Shown: piece by piece, positions 34,606-45,194 of the stretch
Layout: each line of letters opens with the position of its first letter
Numbering within the stretch: position 1 is the first letter of the stretch
DNA from: Thermodesulfobacteriota bacterium
GTDB taxonomy: Bacteria; Desulfobacterota_D; UBA1144; Nemesobacterales; Mycalebacteriaceae
DNA length: 64,000 nt
Reading direction: 5' to 3'
Assembly: GCA_965226585.1 (NCBI GenBank)
Contig: OZ245366.1
Location: 1,216,001 to 1,280,000 of the forward strand
Program-made: the position numbers and the translations under genes
The notes under the pieces: generated by a model
Seen by the model: the letters and a program-made list of their open reading frames with translations, nothing else
What the model was told of the DNA's origin: nothing
Databases searched by the model: none

Positions 34606-37600
34606 ATGTCTAAAACCGCAACCACTCTTATTCTGCTTTCTCTCTTACTCGCGCTTGCCGCGCCGCCCTCTTATGCACAAACAGCAACAACCGTTGTAGT
34701 CAACGGCTCTGAAGAGCGGACGGAAGACGACGGAAGCAACACAATAGTGGCGGAAACGGTCAACATTGTGAACGAAGGAAAAGTGTGGGCAAGCGGAGAG
34801 AATAGTTCGGCGATTGCTTCGGGAAATTCGGGAAACGTTACTATTATTTCAGGAGACGGAACGGGAGAGGTTTGGACAACCATTAGCGGCGTTTCAACAG
34901 TGAATGCGACAGGAACGGCGGAAATCAAAAACCTGAAAGTGTGGGCTAACGGTCGCTCAAGCAATGCGGCTAAGGCGGCAACGGCAATAATCAACGGAGC
35001 ACAAGTTTGGACGAACGGAAACTTTTCAAGAGCCGTGTTTGCGACCACGGCGATTGTTCACGGCGCGGACGTTTGGGCTGACGACAGCATTGGAGGCATC
35101 GCTATTTACACACCGCTCGGAACAGCAACCGTAAGTAACAACTCGCAGGTTTGGGCTAACGGCGTTGGAGGCATGGCTATTTTCACACCGGGCGGAACAG
35201 TAACCGTAAGTAACAACTCACAGGTTTGGGCTGACGACATTGGAGGCATCACCATTTACGCACTGGGCGGGACAGTAAATGTAAGCAACTCGCGGGTTTG
35301 GGCTGACGACACTGGAGGCATGGCTATTTTTACAACGGTCGGGACAGCAACCGTAAGTAACAACTCACAGGTTTGGGCTAACGGCGGTGAAGGCAGAGCC
35401 ATTTACGCACCGGGTGGAACAGCAAATGTAAGCAACTCGCGGGTTTGGGCTAATGGATTTGGAAGCACCGCCATTATTGCGAATAACGTAGAGATTGAAG
35501 GTTCTGATGTTTGGACGGAAGAAGATTCCTCCGTTGTTACAATCAGCTCGGGAATTTCAAGCGTGAACAGTTCAAACCTTACTGCTTATAAGGACGGAAA
35601 GGTTTTTGCTCTGGACGCAAGCGAGGGCGACATTGAACTCAACCTTCACAACTCAACAATCGGGTTTAATGGCGCAGGCGGAGAGTTTTTTAAGATTATT
35701 GACACAGAAGACAGCGGAACAGTAAACATTCAATCCCGCAACTCATCTTTCTGGATGGGAAAAGAGAACGCGGCTGTTTTCTCAACCATAGTAGAGGCGA
35801 ACGGAACGGTAACAGACCGGATTGGTGAATTTGAACTGACAGACAGCATTGAAATTTCCGATATGAACAGAGTATGGACAAAAGGCAAAAACGGCGCCGC
35901 CTTCTCTCTTGACTACCAAGGGATGAATGATGTGAAAATCAGCGAATACTTCAACGCTCAACAGGCATGGACGGAAGGGGATAACAGCAACACAATCCGC
36001 ATAAATACGGGAACCGGAGATGTCTCATTCGCCACCACCAGCAAGATATGGGCAAACGGCGCGAACAGTTCGGTGATAAGTGCGGAAACCGGCGGCGGAG
36101 ATGCGAACATTGAAATAGGAGCAGACCATAGTGTCTGGACAAGCGGCGTGAATTCTGTGGCAGTTAAGGCAAAAGCAACCGGAGCGGGAAACGCAAGCGT
36201 CTACACCCGTGCGGGCGCAAGGATTTTCACAAATGCGGCGGATAGTGTGGCGGTTTTTATTCGGGCAGGCGGTTCGGCTGGAAGCAGTGGAGTAGAGTTA
36301 AACATTGGAAATGGCTCGGTTGTGTGCGGTGGTGTGTTTTCAGATTCAAGTGACTGCACACAGGGAGCAAATTCTTACGCCGTGCAGTTTGAGTCTGAGG
36401 AAGGAGATACAAAAATAGTAATCGGCGCGGGCGGCTCTATAGCGGGAGTGGTGTTGCTTTCAGAAAAACGCGATTTTATCTACAACAACGGTTCTTTCAC
36501 GGGTTCGGGAACAACCGGAGACGGTGATGATACGGTTGAAAACAAGGGAACTTTCACCCTCACCGGAGATTTTGACATGGGAGACGGTGAAGACATTTTC
36601 CAAAACAGGGGCACAATAAACGGCACGGGTATGGTCATATACGGTGACGATGACGAAGTTGGTGGGCTTTCTACGCCCGCCCGTCATTCGTCCGCGCCCT
36701 CCCGTCATTCCGCATCCTCCCCTTCCCGTCATTCCGTGCCTGACACGGAATCCAGTATTCAACTGGCTAACCAATACTGGATTCCTGCTTCCGCAGGAAT
36801 GACGGAGGGGGCAGGAATGACGGGGGAGGCAGGAATGACGGGGGAGGGGTCAGCAAGCGGCGACAGCCGTTTCCGCCTTTCCGCCGCCGCGCCGGAACGG
36901 GAGCCGGAACGGGTAACCATCAACTTTGGCGATGGCGATGACCATTTCATAAACGAAGGCACAGTAGTTCTTGGAGGCACGGGCGGCTTTAACGGCTTGG
37001 ACAAAATAACCTTCGGCGTGAACTCAACCCTTGTTGTCTCGGCAGACCCTGAAGAAATGAATGACAAACCGCTCATAGATATTGAAGGCGAGATAACTGC
37101 GGAAGATATTGAGGGTTTTAGAGTCAGGGTTGATGTTCCCGGAACGCACGTAACGGAATACACAATTTTTGAAGCGGATGACTTGCCGGACGGCGAGGAA
37201 AGGCAGGAAGTTGTGGAGCGTCTGAATGCGGAAATAGGCGAAAGGGGAAGTGTTCAGACAGATGGAGACGGCAATCTGTTTTTGACAGCAATATCGTTAA
37301 AAGACGCCAGTTTGGATATTTATGACTCTCTCATCCAATCCGCTTACCGCGCAGACAGGAGTTTTGCCACAAAACTTTCAAGCGGTTGCGGTTACGGATC
37401 TGCGGCGAGTGATGAGATAGACGGAGATTTCTGGACTGGTTGTGTGTGGGCAACATCGGGCGGAAGATACACACGTTATTCTTCAGCAATTAACTATGAT
37501 GAAGATGCCTATACCTTCACCGGAGGCGTTTCAGCTCCGTTCAACAGTATCCTTGTCTCGGTGGCAGGCGGTTATGAAATCTCAACCCTTGATATGGATG

Positions 37601-38271
37601 TGCTGACTGATGAAGGCAGGGCAGACGCAAGCGGAGAAGCGACAAGATTTATGGGCGGTATCTTTGCCTCCACAATAGTGGACAGATACATGGTTGACGG
37701 CAGGTTTCAGTATGTTTCTACGAGTTGGGAGTCAACCCGCTCTGATGGAGATAACCGTTACTCTGCGGATACAAACGCGACAGTATTCGGCGGCGCGCTT
37801 AGCGCGGCAATGCCGTTTTTGTCCGGCAGTTTCGCGTTATTTCCCCGCATAGAGATTGGAGCGTCTTATGTAACAGCGGGCGCGTTTGATGAGACTTCCT
37901 TAACAGACTCAGAAGAGGCAAGGGCTGATGCTTTCAAGGTAAAAGACACAAGTGAGATATTGGTATATGTAAGTCCGTCATTTGAGGCGCGTTCACCTTT
38001 GAGTGAAACGGTAAATATGAGAATTCGCGTGGGGGCGGATATACACATCTTGAACCCTGAAGCCGACCTTGAGGCAACTCTTGATGGCGGTAGCGTTCCC
38101 CGAAGCGGCGGGCAGGACCGGATAATGTTCAACTACGGCGCAGGTTTTGAATACACACCGTATGCTCCTCTGCGGGAATTGAGTGTAAGGATTGACTACG
38201 ATGGCGGAATGAGCGCGAGTTTTGATACTTTCGTGCAAGAGTTCAGAGGCGGCGTTAATTACAGTTTTTAA
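34606..38271 (+). CDS. Autotransporter-like protein (1221 aa) with in-frame palindromic-element insert
   Basis: Signal peptide, VWANG repeats, GDGDD motifs, barrel motif YDSLIQSAY..GC..GCVW; ends VNYSF. Confidence 0.88.
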   Translation: MSKTATTLILLSLLLALAAPPSYAQTATTVVVNGSEERTEDDGSNTIVAETVNIVNEGKVWASGENSSAIASGNSGNVTIISGDGTGEVWTTISGVSTVNATGTAEIKNLKVWANGRSSNAAKAATAIINGAQVWTNGNFSRAVFATTAIVHGADVWADDSIGGIAIYTPLGTATVSNNSQVWANGVGGMAIFTPGGTVTVSNNSQVWADDIGGITIYALGGTVNVSNSRVWADDTGGMAIFTTVGTATVSNNSQVWANGGEGRAIYAPGGTANVSNSRVWANGFGSTAIIANNVEIEGSDVWTEEDSSVVTISSGISSVNSSNLTAYKDGKVFALDASEGDIELNLHNSTIGFNGAGGEFFKIIDTEDSGTVNIQSRNSSFWMGKENAAVFSTIVEANGTVTDRIGEFELTDSIEISDMNRVWTKGKNGAAFSLDYQGMNDVKISEYFNAQQAWTEGDNSNTIRINTGTGDVSFATTSKIWANGANSSVISAETGGGDANIEIGADHSVWTSGVNSVAVKAKATGAGNASVYTRAGARIFTNAADSVAVFIRAGGSAGSSGVELNIGNGSVVCGGVFSDSSDCTQGANSYAVQFESEEGDTKIVIGAGGSIAGVVLLSEKRDFIYNNGSFTGSGTTGDGDDTVENKGTFTLTGDFDMGDGEDIFQNRGTINGTGMVIYGDDDEVGGLSTPARHSSAPSRHSASSPSRHSVPDTESSIQLANQYWIPASAGMTEGAGMTGEAGMTGEGSASGDSRFRLSAAAPEREPERVTINFGDGDDHFINEGTVVLGGTGGFNGLDKITFGVNSTLVVSADPEEMNDKPLIDIEGEITAEDIEGFRVRVDVPGTHVTEYTIFEADDLPDGEERQEVVERLNAEIGERGSVQTDGDGNLFLTAISLKDASLDIYDSLIQSAYRADRSFATKLSSGCGYGSAASDEIDGDFWTGCVWATSGGRYTRYSSAINYDEDAYTFTGGVSAPFNSILVSVAGGYEISTLDMDVLTDEGRADASGEATRFMGGIFASTIVDRYMVDGRFQYVSTSWESTRSDGDNRYSADTNATVFGGALSAAMPFLSGSFALFPRIEIGASYVTAGAFDETSLTDSEEARADAFKVKDTSEILVYVSPSFEARSPLSETVNMRIRVGADIHILNPEADLEATLDGGSVPRSGGQDRIMFNYGAGFEYTPYAPLRELSVRIDYDGGMSASFDTFVQEFRGGVNYSF
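36682..36845. repeat. Intragenic CGTC palindromic element (core 36727-36804) with 21/24/18-bp satellites
   Basis: Translates in frame as RHSVPDTESSIQLANQYWIPASAGMT. Confidence 0.93.
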
Positions 38272-38300
38272 TACCCCTTCTGATTTGCGGAGGCAATGTT

Positions 38301-41300
38301 TTGTCTAAAAAATTATCCTGTATTATTCTGTCTACTCTCTTATTTGCATTTTCCGCGCCGTCATCCTCTTACGCGCAACCAGCAGTCTTCGAAATCTGTG
38401 GCGACAAAAGCATCATACCCAACGCAGTCAATTTAAGATGTATCTCCACAACCGGAAACGCAGTTATTATCCTGTACCTTCCTGGTGCCGAATTTACTGA
38501 AGACAGTGGCAACTTTAGTCTGCTCAACGCCACCGAAGCGGGTGCGGATGCAATCTTTAACACTCACGCTATAAAGATCACAACAACCCAAACAGGCGGA
38601 GATACTATAATTATCGGCGGCGCGGGAAACGCTGCTTTCAGAGCCGATGACGAAGCATTTACCATCAAATCTGGCGGCGGGAATGTTGTTACTATGACAG
38701 CCGGAACGGGTGATGCGAATATAGAAATTTACAATCAATCAAAAGTTCAAATTGAATCAACCGGCGGCGGGAACGGAATTGTCGCTTCAAGCGAAAGCGG
38801 AGATGTGTTTGCGGACTTCTCCAATCAAGGGAGAATCTATTCAGTTCAAGATGACGCGACCGGGTTTATCGCGACAACCAACGGCGGTGAAATCAGCGCG
38901 AATTTTGACGGTTTGTATTCAAGAATACTTATGTACCCCGTAGGCAATCACGGTGGCTCATCAGACGCCAAAGGCGCGACACTCACATCCACAAGCGGCG
39001 ATATAAGTGTTTTGCTTACAAACTCCTCGGCAATCCTCGCCCCGTCTCTGGGAGATTCCCACGGCTTGGAGGCGGTAACGGGAGGGGACGGCGACATAAA
39101 CATACATTTGCAAAATGGAAACGCCTGCATAGTCGGCAGAAACGGGGTTAAAGCCACTACTGTTGACGGAGATATAAACATATACCTGTCGAACGCGCTG
39201 ATTCGCGGCATAGGCACAGGCGGACGGGCTTTGAATGCAACATCTACAAACGGAGATATCACAATCACAGGCGATGGCACGGGCAATATCAACTCTGTTA
39301 GTAACGTCGTCTATCTTGACACCAGCGGCGAGGCAAACATCAGCGGTGTCAGAATCGGGACAGAAGCCGGTACGGCTGTCGAGTCAACGGGAAACCTGAC
39401 TGTTTCAAACGCAGAGATTTGGGCGAACGGCAATTCTAGCGATGCGGTGAAAGCACAGACGGTACATGTATCGGGCGGAATGATCTGGACTAACGGCTTT
39501 TCTAGCGAGGCGGTGAATGCACAGACGGTGTATGTATCGGGCGGAATGATTTGGACTAACGATTTGTTTAGCGATGCGGTGGAAGCACAGACGGTGCATG
39601 TATCGGGTGGAATGATTTGGGCGAACGGCAGCGGTGCATTGTCCTCAGAGACGGTGAATGTGTCGGACGGAATGATCTGGACAACCGGCGATGTTGATGA
39701 TGCGGTGTCCTCAGATACGGTGAATGTGTCGGGCGGAATGATTTGGACAATCGGCGATTCTAGTGATGCCGTGGACGCAGATACGGTAGTGAATGTGTCG
39801 GGCGGAATGATTTGGGCTAACGGCAGATCTAGCGAGGCGGTGAAAGCACAGACGGTGTATGTGTCGGGTGGAATGATTTGGGCTGACGGCTCCCATGGCG
39901 CAGCGGTGAGTGCACAGACGTTAGTAAATGTGTCGGACGGAATGATTTGGGCTGACGGCTCCCGTGGCACAGCGGTGAATGCACAGACGGTAAATGTGTC
40001 GGGTGGAATAATTTGGTCTAACGGCTCGAATAGCCATGCGGTGAGTGCACAGACGGTAAATGTGCCGGGCGGAATAATTTGGTCTAACGGCTCCGGCATA
40101 TTATCCAGTGCTGTGTTTCTCAGAAACATAGAAGGTCCAGCGGAGTTGAAGGTTGGAGGAGGCGCGGTTGTGTGCGGCGGTATACTTTCGGGTTCTGTCT
40201 GCACGGCGGGTGGCTCTGACGTGCATGCCGTGCGTGCTGATGACTTTGCAACCACTGGCGGAACGATAACAACCGAAGACGGCGGCAATATAACGGGCAG
40301 AATTTTGCTTTCAAAACACAACGATGTTTTCTACAACAACGGCTCATTCACCGGACACGGAAACACCAGAGGCGGCGATGACAGGGTTGAAAACAAGGGA
40401 ACCTTCACCCTGACTGGAGACTTTGAAATGGGTGAAGGCGATGACACTTTTGAAAACAAAGACAGTGGAATGGTAGTTTATGGCAACCACTCAATAATCG
40501 CAGAAACCAAGCCTGACCCACCCTCCACGCAACAATCCTCTCCTTCCCGTCATTCCGCATCTTCACCTTCCCGTCATTCCGTGCTTGACACGGAATCCAG
40601 TATTCAACTGGCTAACCAATACTGGATTCCTGCTTCCGCAGGAATGACGGAGGGGGCAGGAATGACGGAGGGGGCAGGAATGACGGAGGGGGCGGGAATG
40701 ACGGAGGGGGCAGGAAACAGCCGTTTCCGCCTATCTTCTGCAGACCCCGCCCCTGCGGACACAACCGCAACCATTAACTTCGGAGATGGCGATGACCATT
40801 TCATAAACAATGGCACAATCGTAATTCAAAACACAGGCGGATTTGCGGGGCTGGAGAAAATAACCTTCGGCGAAAACTCAACCGTAATGGTTACCGCAGA
40901 CTCTACAGAAATGACAACAGACAAACCCCTCATAGAACTTGAAGGCGAGATAACTGCGGAAGATGTTAAAGACTTAAACATAAAATTAGCCAACCCTGAA
41001 AGACATTCAGACGAATTTTCTTTATTCAGTGAAACCGCCTTGCCAGACAGCGAAGCCGAAAGGCAAGAGGTATTGAGCATGATAAGCGGCGGGCTTGGTG
41101 AAGGCAGTAGCGCGGGGATGGATTCAAACGGCAACATATTTGTTGTGCTTGCAAATTCCGTCCACTTTAACTACTTGAGAAACTATGACGCGATGATTCA
41201 ATCCGCTTACCAATCGGATAGTGCCTTTTCAGAAAAACTGCGAGGCAGTTGCTACGGCGGAGAGGCGGAAACACAAGATTTAAGCGGCGGCTGTCTCTGG

Positions 41301-42077
41301 GCAGACGCAGGAAGCCGTCACACACGGCACGACACAAAGGTTAAATACGGAGAAGATGCCTATGTATTTGCCGGAGGTTTGTCCATCCCCGCAGGGCAGT
41401 CCGCCGTGTCAATCGGCGCGGGTTATGAAACATCAGACTTTAACGCCGGAACGGACACAAACGCGGCGGGTGAGCGTTTTATGGCAGGATTATCAGTAGC
41501 AGGTGAGATTTGGAAAAGAATTATCGCAGATGCAAGAACACAGTTTGCAAAAGCGGCATGGGAATCAACATCCGCAAGGGGAGAAGATACCTACTCCGCA
41601 AAGACAAATATAACAACGTGGTCTGCCGCAATAGGGGCGGAAATGCCATTCTTTCCCGGTGGTGTATTTATGGTGGTTCCGCGTCTTGAAGCGGGAGTAG
41701 CCCGTGTATCTGCGGATGGTTTTACAGAAACCGGAGACATGCCTCTTTCTGTTGAAGGATTATCACAAACATATTTGCGTGTAACTCCATCAGTAACGGC
41801 TTATGCTCCCGCAGGGGAAAGTGTAAATATGTGGATGACCGCCGGAGCGGATGCTCACTTAACAGACCCCAAAACAGACTTAAAAGCCGCCTTTTCCCCT
41901 GATGACCCGGTAAATACAAAAGGCGGACTTGAACGCATAAACATAAGATACAGCGCGGGTGCAGAGGTAAGTCCGTTAAAAGGTGTAAGTGTTCGTGTGG
42001 CGTATAGCGGCGGTGTTTCCACTACCTTTGATACGCTTACGCAGACATTTACGGCAAGGTTCGGAGTGGCGTTTTAG
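38301..42077 (+). CDS. Autotransporter-like protein (1258 aa) with in-frame palindromic-element insert
   Basis: TTG start after GGAGG, signal peptide, Cys pair, about 22-aa AQTVxVSGGMIW repeats, barrel ending FGVAF. Confidence 0.88.
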   Translation: MSKKLSCIILSTLLFAFSAPSSSYAQPAVFEICGDKSIIPNAVNLRCISTTGNAVIILYLPGAEFTEDSGNFSLLNATEAGADAIFNTHAIKITTTQTGGDTIIIGGAGNAAFRADDEAFTIKSGGGNVVTMTAGTGDANIEIYNQSKVQIESTGGGNGIVASSESGDVFADFSNQGRIYSVQDDATGFIATTNGGEISANFDGLYSRILMYPVGNHGGSSDAKGATLTSTSGDISVLLTNSSAILAPSLGDSHGLEAVTGGDGDINIHLQNGNACIVGRNGVKATTVDGDINIYLSNALIRGIGTGGRALNATSTNGDITITGDGTGNINSVSNVVYLDTSGEANISGVRIGTEAGTAVESTGNLTVSNAEIWANGNSSDAVKAQTVHVSGGMIWTNGFSSEAVNAQTVYVSGGMIWTNDLFSDAVEAQTVHVSGGMIWANGSGALSSETVNVSDGMIWTTGDVDDAVSSDTVNVSGGMIWTIGDSSDAVDADTVVNVSGGMIWANGRSSEAVKAQTVYVSGGMIWADGSHGAAVSAQTLVNVSDGMIWADGSRGTAVNAQTVNVSGGIIWSNGSNSHAVSAQTVNVPGGIIWSNGSGILSSAVFLRNIEGPAELKVGGGAVVCGGILSGSVCTAGGSDVHAVRADDFATTGGTITTEDGGNITGRILLSKHNDVFYNNGSFTGHGNTRGGDDRVENKGTFTLTGDFEMGEGDDTFENKDSGMVVYGNHSIIAETKPDPPSTQQSSPSRHSASSPSRHSVLDTESSIQLANQYWIPASAGMTEGAGMTEGAGMTEGAGMTEGAGNSRFRLSSADPAPADTTATINFGDGDDHFINNGTIVIQNTGGFAGLEKITFGENSTVMVTADSTEMTTDKPLIELEGEITAEDVKDLNIKLANPERHSDEFSLFSETALPDSEAERQEVLSMISGGLGEGSSAGMDSNGNIFVVLANSVHFNYLRNYDAMIQSAYQSDSAFSEKLRGSCYGGEAETQDLSGGCLWADAGSRHTRHDTKVKYGEDAYVFAGGLSIPAGQSAVSIGAGYETSDFNAGTDTNAAGERFMAGLSVAGEIWKRIIADARTQFAKAAWESTSARGEDTYSAKTNITTWSAAIGAEMPFFPGGVFMVVPRLEAGVARVSADGFTETGDMPLSVEGLSQTYLRVTPSVTAYAPAGESVNMWMTAGADAHLTDPKTDLKAAFSPDDPVNTKGGLERINIRYSAGAEVSPLKGVSVRVAYSGGVSTTFDTLTQTFTARFGVAF
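40548..40714. repeat. Intragenic CGTC palindromic element (core 40572-40649) with 18-bp GMTEGA repeats
   Basis: Direct sequence match; in frame. Confidence 0.93.
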
Positions 42078-42097
42078 AGACGCGGACGCGCCCACTC

Positions 42098-42141
42098 CGT
42101 CATTCCGTGCCTGACACGGAATCCAGTATTCAACTGGCTAA
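42098..42141. repeat. Half (truncated) CGTC element
   Basis: cgtcattccgtgcctgacacggaatccagtattcaactggctaa, then the match stops abruptly. Confidence 0.85.
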
Positions 42142-42168
42142 TTTCATATATATTAAAAAAACAAACAA

Positions 42169-45100
42169 ATGTCATTGCCACAAAAAATATTTTTTTTCTC
42201 TCGTTTTTCCTCACCGCTGTAACGCTTACGGCAATTGCACCTGTTCCCGCTTATTCGCAATTGCAATTCAATTATTGCGACAACCCTCCCCCTCCCTCTG
42301 CGACTTGCACCCCAGACAACATATACATCCGATTTTATCACGAACACATAAGAACCGTACTGCTTGAACCTCCGGACAAAACCTCCGTTGATGAAACAAC
42401 CGTCCGTGACGGAACCATCACCATACTCTTTAACAAACAAGGCAGAATTGCATCAAGAGTACCGGATGGCGCGAACGGGATTTTGGCAACAACTGAAAAC
42501 GGCGATATGACCGCAACTTTTGACGGACTGGGTTCGGGAATCTTTATGTATCCAAGTGGCAAACGCGACACCTACTCAAATGCCAGAGGCGCGACATTCA
42601 CAAGCGATAGCGGCAATATAAGTGTTTTACTAACAAACTCTGGGTCAATCCTCGCGCCGTCTCTGGGAGATTCCCACGGCTTTGTGGCTCAAACGGGAGA
42701 GGACGGAGATATAGACATAGTGATGAAAAACGGGAACTCATGCATAGTAGGCAGAAACGGTGTTAAAGCAACTACTGTTGACGGAGATATACGCATAGAA
42801 CTGTCGGGCGCGCTGATTCGCGGTATAGGCACAGGCGGATGGGCTTTGAATGCAACATCGGTAAATGGAGATATCACAATCACAGGCGATGGCACGGGCA
42901 ACATTGCCTCTCTGAATCATAATAGCAGCGGCGTTTATCTTGACACCGATGGTGAGGCAAGCATCAGCAATATTGATATATGGACGCAAGGAGATGGCGG
43001 CACAACAATAGAATCGGTGAGCGGCTTGCGTGTAGTATCGGGAAACATCTGGGCTAACGGCTCGGGCGGCAATACGGTGGAAGCGGGAACTGTGAATGTG
43101 TCGGGCGGAGATATTTTTACGACAGTCCATAACAGCAATGCGGTGGTTGCGCAGGCGGTGAATATATCGGGTGGAGGGATTTGGACACTCAGAGGCGGGT
43201 CATCAGAGAGCATTTTCAGTACCGCCGTGCTTCTCAGAAACGAAGACGGGCAAGCGGAATTAACGGTTGGAGGAAGCGCGATTGTGTGCGGCGGTGCGCT
43301 TTCGGGCATAATCTGCACGGCAAGCGACTATGGCTATGCCGTGCGTGCTGAGACCCCGGCGGCGACCTATGGCACAAAGATAACAACCGAAGGTAGCGGC
43401 AATATAACGGGCAGAATTGGGCTTTCAGACAACAGCGATGTTTTCTACAACAACGGCTCTTTCACCGGACACGGAAACACCGGAGCCGGTGATGACAGGG
43501 TTGAAAACAAGGGAACCTTCACCCTCACCGGAGATTTTGAAATGGGTGAAGGCGATGACAGCTTTGTGAACATAGACGGCGGAATGGTAGTAGGCGATGA
43601 CACTCACACAATAACGCCTACACCGACTACGGGAACACAATCCTCTCCACCCCGTCATTCCGCATCCTCTCCTTCCCGTCATTCCGTGCTTGACACGGAA
43701 TCCAGTATTCAACTGGGTTACCCAATACTGGATTCCTGCTTTCGCAGGAATGACGGAGGGGGCAGGAATGGCGAGAGTGGGGAATGTCATTCCGCGCCTG
43801 CGTCTTCCACCCCGTCAGCAAGCGGCGACAGCCGTTTCCGCCTCTCTTCTGCAGACCCCGCCCCTGCGGACACAACCGCAACCATTAACTTCGGCGATGG
43901 CGATGACCATTTCATAAACAACGGCACAATCGTAATTCAAGATACAGGCGGCTTTGCGGGCTTGGAGAAAATAACCTTCGGTGAAAACTCAACCGTTATG
44001 GTTACCGCAGATTCTACAGAAATGACAACAGACAAACCCCTCATAGAACTTGAAGGCGAGATAACCGCAGAGGATGTTAAAGACTTAAACATAAAATTAG
44101 CCAACCCCGAAAGACATTCAGACGAATTCGCCCTGTTCAGTGAAACCGCCTTGCCTGATAATGAAGCCGAAAGGCAAGAGGTATTGAGCATGATAAGCGG
44201 CGGTCTTGGTGAAGGCAGTAGCGCGGGGGTGGATTCAAACGGCAATATATTTGTTGTGCTTGCCAATTCCGTTCACTTTAACTACCTGAGAAATTATGAC
44301 GCAATGATCCAATCCGCTTACCACTCGGATAGTGCCTTCTCAGAAAAACTGCGCGGCAGTTGTTACGGCGGGGAAGCGGAGACACAACATTTAAGCGGCG
44401 GCTGTCTCTGGGCAGACGCAGGAAGCCGTCATACGAGACACGACACAAAGGTTAAATACGGAGAAGACGCTTATGTATTTGCCGGTGGTTTGTCCATCCC
44501 CGCCGGGCAGTCTGCCGTATCAATCGGCGCAGGTTATGAAACATCAGACTTTAACGCCGGAACTGATACAAACGCGGCAGGTGAAAGGTTTATGGCAGGA
44601 TTATCAGTAGCAGGTGAGATTTGGAAAAGAGTTATCGCGGATGCAAGAACACAGTTTGCAAAAGCGGCATGGGAATCAACATCCGCAAGGGGAGAAGATG
44701 CCTACTCCGCAAAGACAAATATAACAACATGGTCTGCCGCAATAGGGGCGGAGATGCCGTTTTTCCCCGGTGGTGTATTTATGGTGGTTCCGCGTCTTGA
44801 AGCGGGAGTAGCCCGTGTATCTGCGGACAGTTTCATGGAAACCGGCGGCGGAGATATGCCTCTTTCTGTAGGCGGATTATCACAAACATATTTGCGTGTA
44901 ACTCCATCGGTAACGGCTTATGCTCCCGCAGGGGAAAGTGTAAATATGTGGATGACCGCCGGAGCGGACGCTCATTTAACAGACCCCAAGACAGACTTAA
45001 AAGCCACCTTCTCTCCTGATGACCCTGTGAATACAAAAGGCGGTTTTGAACGCATAAACATAAGATACAGCGCGGGTGCTGAGGTAAGTCCGTTAAAAGG

Positions 45101-45194
45101 TGTAAGTGTTCGTGTTGCGTATAGCGGCGGGGTTTCCACTACCTTTGATACGCTTACGCAGACATTTACGGCAAGGTTCGGAGTGGCGTTTTAG
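42169..45194 (+). CDS. Autotransporter-like protein; ATG (42169) is one base out of frame with the signal peptide and body (open from TTG 42261 in the ORF track)
   Basis: The main frame encodes KNIFFLSFFLTAVTLTAIAPVPAYSQ with no canonical start codon. The C-terminal region is near-identical to 38301..42077 and ends FGVAF. Confidence 0.8.
43653..43800. repeat. Intragenic CGTC palindromic element (core 43677-43755, 79 bp)
   Basis: The loop is 1 nt longer, so the second half reads as LDSCFRRND; the gene frame is restored downstream. Confidence 0.92.

Noticed and set aside
42075..42261. Stop-codon readthrough fusing 38301.. and the next gene (same frame, single TAG, open spacer)
   Set aside because: The first protein ends in the barrel C-terminal Phe signal and the second has its own signal peptide; the shared frame is probably chance.
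40715..45194. Diversity-generating retroelement template/variable repeat pair
   Set aside because: The duplicated region is over 1.3 kb and coding in both copies, differences are not confined to adenines, and there is no reverse transcriptase in the window.
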